This document shows positions 28,404-37,306 of a stretch of DNA of 64,000 bases, piece after piece. The DNA comes from a virus (Duplodnaviria; Heunggongvirae; Uroviricota; Caudoviricetes). The notes beneath the pieces are model-generated. The model made no database searches. It was not told the origin of the DNA and saw nothing but the letters and a program-made list of their open reading frames with translations. Position numbers and translations under genes: made by a program. The stretch lies in IMG/VR virus record IMGVR_UViG_3300028361_000018; one strand, given 5' to 3'. The number at the start of each line of letters is the position of its first letter. The stretch's first letter is position 1.

Positions 28404-29594
28404 ATGAGATATAACGAGTTTAAATTAACCGAAGGTTACAAGGAAGTACAACAGAAGTTTAGCCAGGAGGCGGATCCTACAGAGGTAGCAAGTGCTTTTG
28501 ATATCTTCAAAAAATTAGTAAGTGCCAATCGCATCTCAGGTCAAGAAAGAAATATTGATTGGTGGGGCAAACAGGGATGGTCTGCATTTACTGAATACGT
28601 AACAGCCATTGACGAACGCCCTAGCTCTTCAGAACAAAAAGCTCGCACTAAAAAAGGAAATAGCTACGTATTAGAAGAAACTGACGAGTGGCTAATTGTA
28701 GTACCATTGGACAAGGACGCCAGTTGCTTTCACGGCAAGAACAGTGATTGGTGCACAACCAAACCCACTCAAAACCATTTTGAACAATACTTTCGTGACT
28801 TCAGCGTTACATTAATCTATTTCTTTCGTCAGTCAGATGGTGCTATGTGGGCCATGACAGTTAGTACAAAGAAAGGGCCAGAGTATTTTGACCAGCAAGA
28901 TACATCATTATCTATGGAAGAATTCAATCAACAAACAGGACTAGACAGCAACAAGTACGCCGAACTAGTCGGAGGAGAAACTGAGGTTGGCCAACAAGCC
29001 ACTGCTAGTCGAGACGTAATGAAAGCCGACTTAGAGAATCTAAAAAGTCTTATTGAAAAATTAGTACAAATGGATGCTCCGCGGCGCAGTGCAAAAATTG
29101 AAACAATGCTGTTGAGGGTTAAGGACGCAAAGTCAATAAAAAGATATTTAATAATACTATATCAAGCCAACGGTCTAGTCGAATTAGATCAACAACTACA
29201 AACTCTAGTTGCTACAAATGTAACGGGATCTATTAAATATTTGAAAGGTGTCACTGCAAAGACAATTAAACAACTAGAACAAAATAATGAAGACGAAGAT
29301 GAAGATGAAGATGGACCCAACTACGAAATATTCGGGGATTTACAAGACCTTACCAAAGAAGCGCTTGCTTATATAGCTAGCAAAAGCTATTTGTCCCTTG
29401 CGTATGCACTTCACGTAGTCGACGGTACGTGGCCACCGGGCGAGGCAGCTATTGCAAAAGATCCAGACATATCTTTAGAATACGCACAGAATGTAATTGG
29501 CGGAAGATTCCCTGCAGGTGAAGCTGCTATGACTAGTGACGAAAATATTAAGCGGTTGTATAAACTTACAATACTTAATCATGAAACAAGTTAA
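28404..29594 (+). CDS. paralogous repeat-family protein 5 (N-domain + 2-3 repeats, EDEDEDED linker)
   Basis: 396 aa. Same N-domain (DKDASCFHGKNSDWCTTKPT). Fewer repeats. Confidence 0.65.
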   Translation: MRYNEFKLTEGYKEVQQKFSQEADPTEVASAFDIFKKLVSANRISGQERNIDWWGKQGWSAFTEYVTAIDERPSSSEQKARTKKGNSYVLEETDEWLIVVPLDKDASCFHGKNSDWCTTKPTQNHFEQYFRDFSVTLIYFFRQSDGAMWAMTVSTKKGPEYFDQQDTSLSMEEFNQQTGLDSNKYAELVGGETEVGQQATASRDVMKADLENLKSLIEKLVQMDAPRRSAKIETMLLRVKDAKSIKRYLIILYQANGLVELDQQLQTLVATNVTGSIKYLKGVTAKTIKQLEQNNEDEDEDEDGPNYEIFGDLQDLTKEALAYIASKSYLSLAYALHVVDGTWPPGEAAIAKDPDISLEYAQNVIGGRFPAGEAAMTSDENIKRLYKLTILNHETS

Positions 29595-29630
29595 CCAGTT
29601 GAATATTCGCAACATAAAAAGACATTCCTC

Positions 29631-29659
29631 TTGACATCTAGGTCCGTTGACTACATAAT
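29631..29659 (+). promoter_or_regulatory. sigma70-like promoter TTGACA-N17-CATAAT
   Basis: TTGACA 29631-29636, CATAAT 29654-29659. Confidence 0.4.
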
Positions 29660-29687
29660 GTGTAATTACAAAACTAAAGAGCAGTTT

Positions 29688-29900
29688 ATGCACACTAACG
29701 TAGAAGTTATTTCCTATAGAATCCCCGAAGACGAGTATGACGAAAACAACAATATTGTTGAGAGGGCTGGCAGCGTGGTTGTTAGCCACGGAGTAGACCA
29801 TTCTACTGGCCGCATTGTTATACTGCCCGACGAACCGTTTCTTCCATTCGTAAAAGAGCACTGCGAATATTACCGCGGCGCTTACTTTCTAAAAGAGTAA
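29688..29900 (+). CDS. hypothetical protein (70 aa)
   Basis: Track ORF 29631-29900 begins at a non-ATG codon inside the promoter. The first ATG with an AAGAG RBS downstream of the promoter is at 29688. Confidence 0.3.
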   Translation: MHTNVEVISYRIPEDEYDENNNIVERAGSVVVSHGVDHSTGRIVILPDEPFLPFVKEHCEYYRGAYFLKE

Positions 29901-29906
29901 ACTAAT

Positions 29907-30248
29907 ATGAAAACACCAACAGATGAGTTAACAGGCACTCAGTTAGATGTTGCATTTTGTTCGGCACTTAATATTGACGTTAGGTACTCTTCTATGCAGG
30001 GAGTGATACAGGAAGGGCCGGCGGACGAATGGCATCCTTTTCGACCGTCGGTTGACATAACCAAGTTATGGCGTTATATTACTAGTCGTAGGGTAGAACT
30101 ATCACCAACAGCAGACGGCATGTGGCAGTCGCAATGCTGGCAGCCCTACGGGATTAGTACAGGACACACGCCAGAAATAGCAGCTTGTCGCGCAATAGTA
30201 AATTCAGTTTACGGCGACGAGTGGGGAACACGAATTTTTCCACAGTGA
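29907..30248 (+). CDS. hypothetical protein (113 aa)
   Basis: ORF track. Confidence 0.35.
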   Translation: MKTPTDELTGTQLDVAFCSALNIDVRYSSMQGVIQEGPADEWHPFRPSVDITKLWRYITSRRVELSPTADGMWQSQCWQPYGISTGHTPEIAACRAIVNSVYGDEWGTRIFPQ

Positions 30249-30255
30249 GAACAAT

Positions 30256-30465
30256 ATGGAATTCTTTTTAATGATGTTTGCTTTGATAGCAGGCTATATG
30301 CTCGGGTTTTCAAGCGGGCACCACAAGGGCACAATCGATGCGCACTCAGAAGTGGCAAGAGAGTGCCACAAGCTAGGAAAATTTTACGTGGGCAAAGAAG
30401 TTTTCACTTGCTCTGAGATTAACAAATGCGTCCCCAAGAGGAGAAACAATGAACAAGCTATGTGA
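30256..30465 (+). CDS. small membrane protein (69 aa)
   Basis: Hydrophobic N-terminus MEFFLMMFALIAGYMLGF. Confidence 0.35.
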   Translation: MEFFLMMFALIAGYMLGFSSGHHKGTIDAHSEVARECHKLGKFYVGKEVFTCSEINKCVPKRRNNEQAM

Positions 30466-31465
30466 AATGGTACACGGCAGTCACCTATACGGTTTAAACA
30501 CCGAGAACAGTGATATGGACTACAAAGGTGTGTTCTTGCCCACGTTGGACGAAATGGTCACAATGACAGCCAGCCACGAAATCCGACACAGTACAGGCGA
30601 TGCACACCAAAAAAACTCAAGTGAAGACGTAGACACTGTATTCTTTAGTCTACAAAAATTTATCAAAATGGCTTGTGACGGAGACACGGTGGCGATAGAC
30701 ATGATTCACTGTGACAATGCCCATCTTATCTCAAGCAGCCCTGTATGGGAGGCAATTGTAGCAAATCGTCACTTGTTCTACACCAAGAACATGAAGGCGT
30801 TTTTAGGCTACTGTCGCAAGCAAGCGTCAAAGTACGGTGTAAAAGGTTCAAGGCTCAAGTCCATGGAAGATGTGTTAACAGTGCTACACAGCGCATTACT
30901 TGTTAACCCCGAAGCCAGAATGGACGAGTCTACCAGCACAGAAACACAGTTGCTTGCTGTCGAAGCAGCTCACCCAGGAAAGGTCACTATTAAGGACGGG
31001 TTCTATAAAGGCAGTAGATTCGTTAACAAGAAAATTGTAGAAGTGTGTGACGCCAAGTATGACTTTACTACTAAAATATCATATGTTGTGGACTCACTAC
31101 AGAAAAAATATGACGCATACGGTCATCGTGCGCAATTGGCCAAAAACAACGAAAATATTGACTGGAAGGCCATTTCTCATAGTTTGCGGGCAGGGTACCA
31201 GTTACTAGAAATCTACGAAACTGGCGATCTAAAATACCCGTTAAAGTATCGTGAGTTCGTTCTTGCTGTCAAGCAAGGTAAATTAGACTTTACTGCTACT
31301 GTGCAACCTGCGTTAGAGGACGTAATTGCAAAAGTTGAACGGCTGGCAGCCATTGTGGTACTACCTGAAACTGTCAATCGCAAGTACTGGGAACAGTTTA
31401 TTGTAAACGTTTACGACGGATTCTATGACTACACTGAGCATAAAGAATCGTTAACTGCAAAATAG
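30449..31465 (+). CDS. Pol-beta-superfamily nucleotidyltransferase (isotype unknown; CCA-adding-enzyme-like or CD-NTase-like)
   Basis: 338 aa. N-terminal VHGSHLYGLNTENSDMDYKGVF is the [G]GS-x9-DxD minimal nucleotidyltransferase signature (compare GGAVRD...D.D of CCA enzymes), followed by a ~250-aa helical region. Confidence 0.5.
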   Translation: MNKLCEMVHGSHLYGLNTENSDMDYKGVFLPTLDEMVTMTASHEIRHSTGDAHQKNSSEDVDTVFFSLQKFIKMACDGDTVAIDMIHCDNAHLISSSPVWEAIVANRHLFYTKNMKAFLGYCRKQASKYGVKGSRLKSMEDVLTVLHSALLVNPEARMDESTSTETQLLAVEAAHPGKVTIKDGFYKGSRFVNKKIVEVCDAKYDFTTKISYVVDSLQKKYDAYGHRAQLAKNNENIDWKAISHSLRAGYQLLEIYETGDLKYPLKYREFVLAVKQGKLDFTATVQPALEDVIAKVERLAAIVVLPETVNRKYWEQFIVNVYDGFYDYTEHKESLTAK

Positions 31466-31567
31466 TGGTTGACGCTAAGCTAAAAGGCTGTAAAGTAGTA
31501 CTTGTTGTAGCAAGAAGCTACTTTTAAAAACTTAAACTTAAACTAAAATGAACCCAAAGGTAATACA

Positions 31568-32458
31568 ATGAAAAAGACAATGCTGAAACTATTTGCCGTA
31601 ATGGCAGTTACACTTGCAATGGTTGGCTGCGGCCAAGTTGTAGAGGTAGGGCCTGCTCAAGTTGCAAAGGTTATGTCTCAATCGGGATATAAAGCAAATA
31701 TTATTCCAACTTCCAAGTTCCGACTTGATATGTGTTATGCATATTGTGACAAGCTAGTTGTACTTGATGCCAGTGACCGCAGCTTTAAAGAAAGCATGGA
31801 CCTGTTTATGCCGCAAGACAAGCTGTTAATGACGTTCGAGATCCGGGCAACTATGTCACTTGCGTCTAAAGACTTTGAGCAGGTGTTTAATAAAGTACAG
31901 CCGGCACCAATGGGCGATAGCGAGCGTATGTATATGATTCCGCTAGAAAAAGTATATATGACCTACGCTCGAGATATCATCCGAGCCGAGGCACGGGAGT
32001 TCCTATCACAGTACACTATTGCAGAAATTGCAAGCTCACGTGAGGCCATTAACGCACAGCTATCAGAACGCCTATCTAAGAGCATCGCAGAACGAACTCC
32101 GTTTATGGTGCGATATATTGGCATTGCAGACCTTGCATACCCAACAATTATTGTGAAAGCGCAAGAAAATGCGGCAGAGCGTCGTGAGATGATTAACCAA
32201 GAAGCTGCACAGCTTGAAATCAGCAAGGTACAACTTGATCGTAAGCTACAGGAACAGACCATGCAGCGAAAAATCGACGTTGAAAAAGCTGAGGCCGAAG
32301 CACAAGTCAACAAGATCATGGGCGAGTCAATGACACCAGAGTACAAGGTGTACAAAAGCTTCCAAGTAATGGAATCAATGGCTAGCTCCAGTAACAAGGT
32401 GTTTATGCCAGCAGAGATGCTTAGCACAGTAGCAGGACAAATGCAACTAGGCAAGTAA
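31568..32458 (+). CDS. SPFH/Band-7 (HflK/C-like) domain lipoprotein
   Basis: 296 aa. Lipobox MKKTMLKLFAVMAVTLAMVGC. C-terminal coiled-coil EAE/AQ-rich region typical of SPFH proteins. Confidence 0.55.
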   Translation: MKKTMLKLFAVMAVTLAMVGCGQVVEVGPAQVAKVMSQSGYKANIIPTSKFRLDMCYAYCDKLVVLDASDRSFKESMDLFMPQDKLLMTFEIRATMSLASKDFEQVFNKVQPAPMGDSERMYMIPLEKVYMTYARDIIRAEAREFLSQYTIAEIASSREAINAQLSERLSKSIAERTPFMVRYIGIADLAYPTIIVKAQENAAERREMINQEAAQLEISKVQLDRKLQEQTMQRKIDVEKAEAEAQVNKIMGESMTPEYKVYKSFQVMESMASSSNKVFMPAEMLSTVAGQMQLGK

Positions 32459-32466
32459 ACTTAACT

Positions 32467-32489
32467 GCTAGGGGACTTGCTCCCCTAGC
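32467..32489 (+). terminator. hairpin terminator-like element
   Basis: GCTAGGGGA-CTTG-CTCCCCTAGC perfect 9-bp stem directly after the stop of the SPFH gene, followed by a T-containing tract. Confidence 0.5.
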
Positions 32490-32516
32490 ATACTCTTTGT
32501 TAATAAGGATTATAAA

Positions 32517-32885
32517 ATGGAATACGTAATTGCCTTCGCGCAAACATTTGTGCCTAAAATGTTGTTTGGTTTATTTGCTTGGGTTGCAATCAGCGCAGTA
32601 ATGAAGCAGTTTAAAGAGTTTAAGGGTAAGCCAGTCTACAAAAACAATAGCTGGTACCTTGGTGTTTTTTTGCTAATAGCACTTGTAATGACTGCGTCCA
32701 GTACTAGTATTTCGTACAAGCACCAGACGTTTGATGCAGACCAGGAAAGCTATCAAATCGAACTAATCAAGCAGCAAGAACAAGAACGCACTGACCTAGT
32801 TATTGAAGATCGAACACGCAAAGATTACACAGTAACGGATGAAGAATGGAAAGATAACTCCAGCTACACCAAGGGCGTAAAATGA
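32517..32885 (+). CDS. membrane protein (122 aa, two predicted TM helices)
   Basis: Hydrophobic segments [10 protein letters not shown] and [13 protein letters not shown]. Confidence 0.4.
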   Translation: MEYVIAFAQTFVPKMLFGLFAWVAISAVMKQFKEFKGKPVYKNNSWYLGVFLLIALVMTASSTSISYKHQTFDADQESYQIELIKQQEQERTDLVIEDRTRKDYTVTDEEWKDNSSYTKGVK

Positions 32886-33172
32886 ACAAGCACCAGGGTT
32901 TTACACTAATCGAGTTAATGATTGTTGTTGCTATTATTCTTATCTTAGCAGCAATTGCTATTCCGGCTTATCAAGAGCATAACAACCCCACGACATCAGA
33001 ACAAAAGTACACACAATGTATCAACGGTGTTAAGTTTACAACAGCTAACACTCCTACACAAATTATCGGTGAAGACGGGCGCGGAATTAGTTGCAATAGT
33101 AACTCAGCTACTAGTAACCCAGCGCCCAGTGACACCTATAACAACACCTTCGAAAACACCTGGAATAATTAA
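32882..33172 (+). CDS. type IV pilin-like (prepilin N-terminus) protein
   Basis: 96 aa. [33 protein letters not shown] is a textbook class-III signal peptide / N-methylation motif (G|[13 protein letters not shown]). Confidence 0.7.
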   Translation: MNKHQGFTLIELMIVVAIILILAAIAIPAYQEHNNPTTSEQKYTQCINGVKFTTANTPTQIIGEDGRGISCNSNSATSNPAPSDTYNNTFENTWNN

Positions 33173-33178
33173 TACAAG

Positions 33179-33207
33179 TTGACAGGGTTGACAATCTGTC
33201 ATACACT
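33179..33207 (+). promoter_or_regulatory. sigma70-like promoter with tandem TTGACA boxes (TTGACAGGGTTGACA ... TACACT)
   Basis: TTGACA at 33179 and 33188. TACACT 33202-33207. TGACAGGGTTGACAATCTGTCA forms a hairpin. Confidence 0.45.
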
Positions 33208-33240
33208 CTATACACACTAACAACACAACAAGAGATCAAT

Positions 33241-33771
33241 ATGCATGCTTCACTAAATATCAATTCATATATTGGTGACGGCTTTCAAAAAGTCTGCTCA
33301 GTAACTTCTGACAATTCTGTAGACAATAAATGGTTTTATACTGATATTAATCCAGACCTAATGTTTGCAGATCACAGATCATGGATCTATTTTATTGTAG
33401 TTGATGAAGAAGTTTGGAAGGTAGGCGAAACAGGAAACCCGTTAGGCATTCGTGCAAAGAACCCAGAAGCAACACAACCGTTAACCGGAACACGCGGACG
33501 GCTGGGTCGTTACCGATCCGGCGACTATCGTGTAGGAACATACGGAGACACTGACTGGGACATTCGAGTACGATTAAACGATGTAATAGCAGATGGCAGT
33601 AACGTAGAATTTTGGGCAAGACAGTGCCCCATTGATAAAGTAGAAGTCACAGTAGGAGGCAAACCTTTCACTGTGGGCACAGCGTATCATAAAGAACTTG
33701 AAATGGCGCACTTGGATTATATCTTTAACAGCGTCGACGAGCTTCCTACGCTCAACAAGTTTAGAAAATAG
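33241..33771 (+). CDS. hypothetical protein (176 aa)
   Basis: ORF track. Confidence 0.4.
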   Translation: MHASLNINSYIGDGFQKVCSVTSDNSVDNKWFYTDINPDLMFADHRSWIYFIVVDEEVWKVGETGNPLGIRAKNPEATQPLTGTRGRLGRYRSGDYRVGTYGDTDWDIRVRLNDVIADGSNVEFWARQCPIDKVEVTVGGKPFTVGTAYHKELEMAHLDYIFNSVDELPTLNKFRK

Positions 33772-33781
33772 ACAAAACAAG

Positions 33782-33810
33782 TTGACAAGGACGTCAACTG
33801 AGCTTATACT
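33782..33810 (+). promoter_or_regulatory. sigma70-like promoter TTGACA-N17-TATACT (near-identical copy at 39478)
   Basis: GTTGACAAGGACGTCAACTGAGCTTATACTGTA. The -35 box is embedded in a GTTGAC/GTCAAC hairpin. Confidence 0.5.
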
Positions 33811-33842
33811 GTATACACACTAAATTAAAAAGGTAAGTTACA

Positions 33843-34001
33843 ATGGATACTGAAGGACTAGGCAAAGGCATTAGCAACATTGCTATCTGGGGAGCAGTGG
33901 CAGCAGTAGCATACTTCACCCAAGGTACCGGATGGGTCGTTGGCTTTGCATTCTTTGCAGCTTGCTGTACCTACGAAATGTACAACAAAGAAGGCAAATA
34001 G
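33843..34001 (+). CDS. small hydrophobic protein (52 aa)
   Basis: ATG 33843..TAG 34001, below the track cutoff. Gly/Ala-rich TM-like sequence. Sits directly downstream of the promoter. Confidence 0.3.
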   Translation: MDTEGLGKGISNIAIWGAVAAVAYFTQGTGWVVGFAFFAACCTYEMYNKEGK

Positions 34002-34002
34002 T

Positions 34003-34887
34003 ATGACAATCACAGTGACATCATATACTAACGGCAAACACAACGTTCCATACGAATCGTTTACGTTTAGTGGCGGTGAAGAGCACATTCGATTTAGTGG
34101 TCCTAGGCGACACGCAGCGTGGGATGTGCATATTACTGCTATCCTTACCAGCTCAGCTGAGATTATCAAATTGGCTATGGTCACTGACGCAATCCGTAGA
34201 CACGCAGACAATGTAAAGATCACACTAAAAATGCCTTACATTCCCTACGCTCGTCAAGACCGTGTATGCGTCGAAGGAGAAGCGCTCGGCATTCGTGTGT
34301 TCTGTGATATAATCAACGCTATGCAATTCGATCGCGTACACGTACTAATGCCTCACAGTGAAGTTGCTCCAGCATTGCTTAACAACTGTGACGAAAACCT
34401 GTATACTTCAAACTGGAATCTTTTTATTCCAGACTCTATTCCAAGAGATTTGAAAAATGATCTCATTATTGTATCGCCAGATGCAGGCGCAATGAAACGA
34501 ACGCTTGGGTTTGCCCAAATGCTTAATACTACAAAACACCATCGCCTGCCGCAAGTGGACGTTGTAATGGCAGATAAGGTGCGTGATGTGGTCACAGGAC
34601 AGATCACTAGCACAGCAGTACACGCAGGTCCAGAGCTTGTAGGCAAAGTTTGCCTCATTTACGATGACATCTGCGACGGTGGATTTACGTTTATTAAGCT
34701 GGCAGAAGCACTACGCGAAAAGGGTGCTAGTAAAGTAATCCTAGCTGTGCCGCACGGTATCTTCAGCAAAGGATTTACTGAAATTGCTAAAGTTATTGAT
34801 CAAGTGATTACAACCAATATTTTTAAAGATAACATTCCAGAACACACCAGCATTCCTGTTAGTGTGTTCGACATTACAAGGGCGTAA
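34003..34887 (+). CDS. prs: ribose-phosphate pyrophosphokinase (PRPP synthetase)-like
   Basis: Track ORF 33940-34887. Likely start ATG 34003. MPYIPYARQDR..., IVSPDAGAMKR, CLIYDDICDGGFT parallel the Prs motifs (YARQDR; DxGG PRPP-binding loop). Confidence 0.65.
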   Translation: MTITVTSYTNGKHNVPYESFTFSGGEEHIRFSGPRRHAAWDVHITAILTSSAEIIKLAMVTDAIRRHADNVKITLKMPYIPYARQDRVCVEGEALGIRVFCDIINAMQFDRVHVLMPHSEVAPALLNNCDENLYTSNWNLFIPDSIPRDLKNDLIIVSPDAGAMKRTLGFAQMLNTTKHHRLPQVDVVMADKVRDVVTGQITSTAVHAGPELVGKVCLIYDDICDGGFTFIKLAEALREKGASKVILAVPHGIFSKGFTEIAKVIDQVITTNIFKDNIPEHTSIPVSVFDITRA

Positions 34888-34888
34888 T

Positions 34889-35419
34889 ATGAAATACGTA
34901 GACGGCAATTTGTTAGACATAGCAGAGCAAGGCAAATTCGATATTATTGTACACGGTTGTAGCTGCCAGAATAGAATGGAAAGTGGTATTGCTAAACAAA
35001 TTCGTGATCGCTACCCGAAAGCATATATGGCAGATCAGCTAACACAGAAAGGCGACAGCGACAAACTAGGGTGCTTCACGCAAGCAAACATTGACGGTAC
35101 CTCTATGTTTCCACCCGAAAAGGGAAGTCGTGGCTTATATCAATACCGATACTCGTTTACGCTACTCAATGCATACACACAGGATCACTACGGCTACGAC
35201 CACTCAATATATGTTAACTACGAAGCTGTATCACAAGTGTTTAAGCAGATTAAACTGTTGTACGATATGAATCCAATGGCTCCTGTGCGAATTGGCATTC
35301 CAATGATAGGAAGCGGAGCAGCAAACGGAGACTGGACCACAATAGAAAGCATTATTGCTAGTATGAACTTTAGTGATCTTACAGTAGTATGTTTTAACGG
35401 AGACAGCGATGATACCTGA
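34889..35419 (+). CDS. macro-domain protein (TARG1/Poa1p-like ADP-ribose processing enzyme)
   Basis: Track ORF 34862-35419. ATG at 34889. IIVHGCSCQNRMESGIAKQIRDRYP and IGIPMIGSGAANGDW parallel TARG1 (AHCISEDCRMGAGIA ... PRIGCGLDRL). Confidence 0.5.
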   Translation: MKYVDGNLLDIAEQGKFDIIVHGCSCQNRMESGIAKQIRDRYPKAYMADQLTQKGDSDKLGCFTQANIDGTSMFPPEKGSRGLYQYRYSFTLLNAYTQDHYGYDHSIYVNYEAVSQVFKQIKLLYDMNPMAPVRIGIPMIGSGAANGDWTTIESIIASMNFSDLTVVCFNGDSDDT

Positions 35420-35759
35420 GAGTTTAAGAGACTATAAATCAAATCGAACACTAATCGACGAGATGGACTCTGCTGAAACTGAGATTGATAAGCTTCGTTT
35501 AAAGATCAAAGTAAATCAGGGCAAGCTAAAGTACAAGTGTCCTGAATGTAAAAAGTTCTCAACACTGCGCGATACTGATGCTATACAAAAAAATTACTAC
35601 GTAGAACCACACGGATGCACTGGAGGAGACTATTGGGATCGAGACGGAATTATGTGGAATTGTCCTAAATGCAATCAGAAGCAGAGTCTAAAATACGAAG
35701 AACTCACTAGCTGGCAGTCAATGTCACATCACTTTAAATCAATTACAGACGAAAAATAA
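35409..35759 (+). CDS. zinc-ribbon protein (116 aa)
   Basis: CPECKK ... CPKCNQ cysteine pairs. Confidence 0.4.
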   Translation: MIPESLRDYKSNRTLIDEMDSAETEIDKLRLKIKVNQGKLKYKCPECKKFSTLRDTDAIQKNYYVEPHGCTGGDYWDRDGIMWNCPKCNQKQSLKYEELTSWQSMSHHFKSITDEK

Positions 35760-35772
35760 CTAGGAGAAACAT

Positions 35773-36624
35773 ATGAGATTAGACGCCCTTTCAGCAATCG
35801 ACTTTTACAAAGCAGATCACAGACGCCAGTACCCAGAAGGTACTGAGCTAGTCTACAGCAACTTTACACCACGCAGTATGCGCCTGTACAAAGGCAACGC
35901 TACTGAGACTGTAGTGTTCGGACTACAGGGATTCTGCAAATGGTTCCTCATTGATATGTGGAACGAAACTTTCTTCAACAAGCCAAAGGCAGAAGTTGTA
36001 GCCAAGTATCAAAGAAGACTTGACTCTAGCTTAGGTGACGGCGCTGTGCCAATGGATCACGTCGAAGCATTACACGACTTGGGCTATTTGCCTTTAGAGA
36101 TTAAAGGTCTGCCAGAAGGCGTAAGTGTGCCGGAAAAAGTAGCTGTTCTTACAGTCAAGAATACAGTACCAGAGTTTTACTGGCTGGTTAACTACATTGA
36201 AAGCGTGATGAGCTCAGAGCTGTGGAAGCCAAGCGTAGTTGCTACGCTCGCAAAAGAGTATCGCGAAATACTTACAAAGTATGCTAATCTAACTGGCGCA
36301 TCACTCGATGGCGTTCCTATTCAGTGTCACGACTTTAGCTTCCGGGGAATGAGTGGACTACACGATTCCGCAAGCTCAGGGGCCGGGCACTTGCTGTCCT
36401 TTGTGGGCACAGACGGTGTTCCATCAATTGACTATTTAGAAGAGTACTACAACGCAGATCCAGCTAAAGAAATGATTGGGTGTAGCATTCCTGCAACCGA
36501 ACATTCGGTCATGAGCTGTAACGTAGGAAACTTATCTAAGTTAATCGGCGAGCAGCTGGAAGAAAATCCCAACCTAAGTCTCGAAGACGCGCACCGACGT
36601 GTTCTTCAGATAGCCAAGGGTTAG
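35773..36624 (+). CDS. nadV: nicotinamide phosphoribosyltransferase (NAMPT/NadV), N-terminal fragment
   Basis: 283 aa. DFYKADHRRQYP, SFRGMS, GHLLSFVGTDGV...IPATEHSVMS align with the N-terminal ~330 residues of NAMPT (FKGTDTV...VPAAEHST). The ORF then runs into unrelated sequence and overlaps the antisense HNH gene. Confidence 0.75.
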   Translation: MRLDALSAIDFYKADHRRQYPEGTELVYSNFTPRSMRLYKGNATETVVFGLQGFCKWFLIDMWNETFFNKPKAEVVAKYQRRLDSSLGDGAVPMDHVEALHDLGYLPLEIKGLPEGVSVPEKVAVLTVKNTVPEFYWLVNYIESVMSSELWKPSVVATLAKEYREILTKYANLTGASLDGVPIQCHDFSFRGMSGLHDSASSGAGHLLSFVGTDGVPSIDYLEEYYNADPAKEMIGCSIPATEHSVMSCNVGNLSKLIGEQLEENPNLSLEDAHRRVLQIAKG

Positions 36625-37261
36625 TTAACATTTGCTTAGTAACAATCCTGTCAGGATTTGAGCAAAAGTTGCGCACTGTTCCGGCGGTATAAGGAGTGCT
36701 TCGGGCTGCTTGCGGAGCAGACCCGAAAGTTCCTTTAGGGGTTACATAGTGCCCCTTAAAGTTAGCATTCCTTTCAGGATGCGCAAGTTTTGTATTTCTT
36801 ATCTTGTCGACAACGTCAGGTGTTCTTGGTATGTTATATAAGTGAGATTCTTTACCACCTTTATGAGGGTTGTTAGTTTTAATAAGTTGTCTAATAATAT
36901 TAATGTGCTCAGGCGATAGTGTTTTTCCAGAATGTAAGTTAGAATTAGCAATAGCAAATTGCTCTTTAGCAGTCTGAAATGTTCGAGAAGTAATTTTGTA
37001 GTATCGTTGAACATCACCGTTAAGTTGATTGTTCATTGCCCAGAAAGCAAATTTTAGTTTATCAGATTCTGGATATATCTTACAAAGCATCCTGTGACAT
37101 ATAAAATGTACACGAGCAGACAAGTATACTAAATTAGTAGAACAGTTGGTTCCGCCGATCGACTTAGGAACAATATGGTGCCTTTCAGAATAAACGTCTT
37201 TTGGCTTGACACGTTGCCCAAACTGTGCTATTATAGCGTTATAAGTTTTTATGTAATTCAT
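36536..37261 (-). CDS. HNH homing endonuclease inserted in the NAMPT gene (antisense orientation)
   Basis: 241 aa, - strand. ERHHIVPKSIGGTNCSTNLVYLSARVHFICH is an HNH core shared with the 7571 and 49150 ORFs. Lies exactly in the gap between the two NAMPT fragments. Confidence 0.7.
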   Translation of the reverse strand: MNYIKTYNAIIAQFGQRVKPKDVYSERHHIVPKSIGGTNCSTNLVYLSARVHFICHRMLCKIYPESDKLKFAFWAMNNQLNGDVQRYYKITSRTFQTAKEQFAIANSNLHSGKTLSPEHINIIRQLIKTNNPHKGGKESHLYNIPRTPDVVDKIRNTKLAHPERNANFKGHYVTPKGTFGSAPQAARSTPYTAGTVRNFCSNPDRIVTKQMLTNPWLSEEHVGARLRDLGWDFLPAARRLT

Positions 37262-37306
37262 TATTTTACACTCCGTTATGTGTATTTATACAAAAAAGGA
37301 AATTTT

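Noticed and set aside
31963-32454. 163-aa minus-strand ORF opposite the SPFH lipoprotein gene
   Set aside because: Fully contained within a better-supported + strand gene that has a lipobox and SPFH features. Typical antisense artefact.
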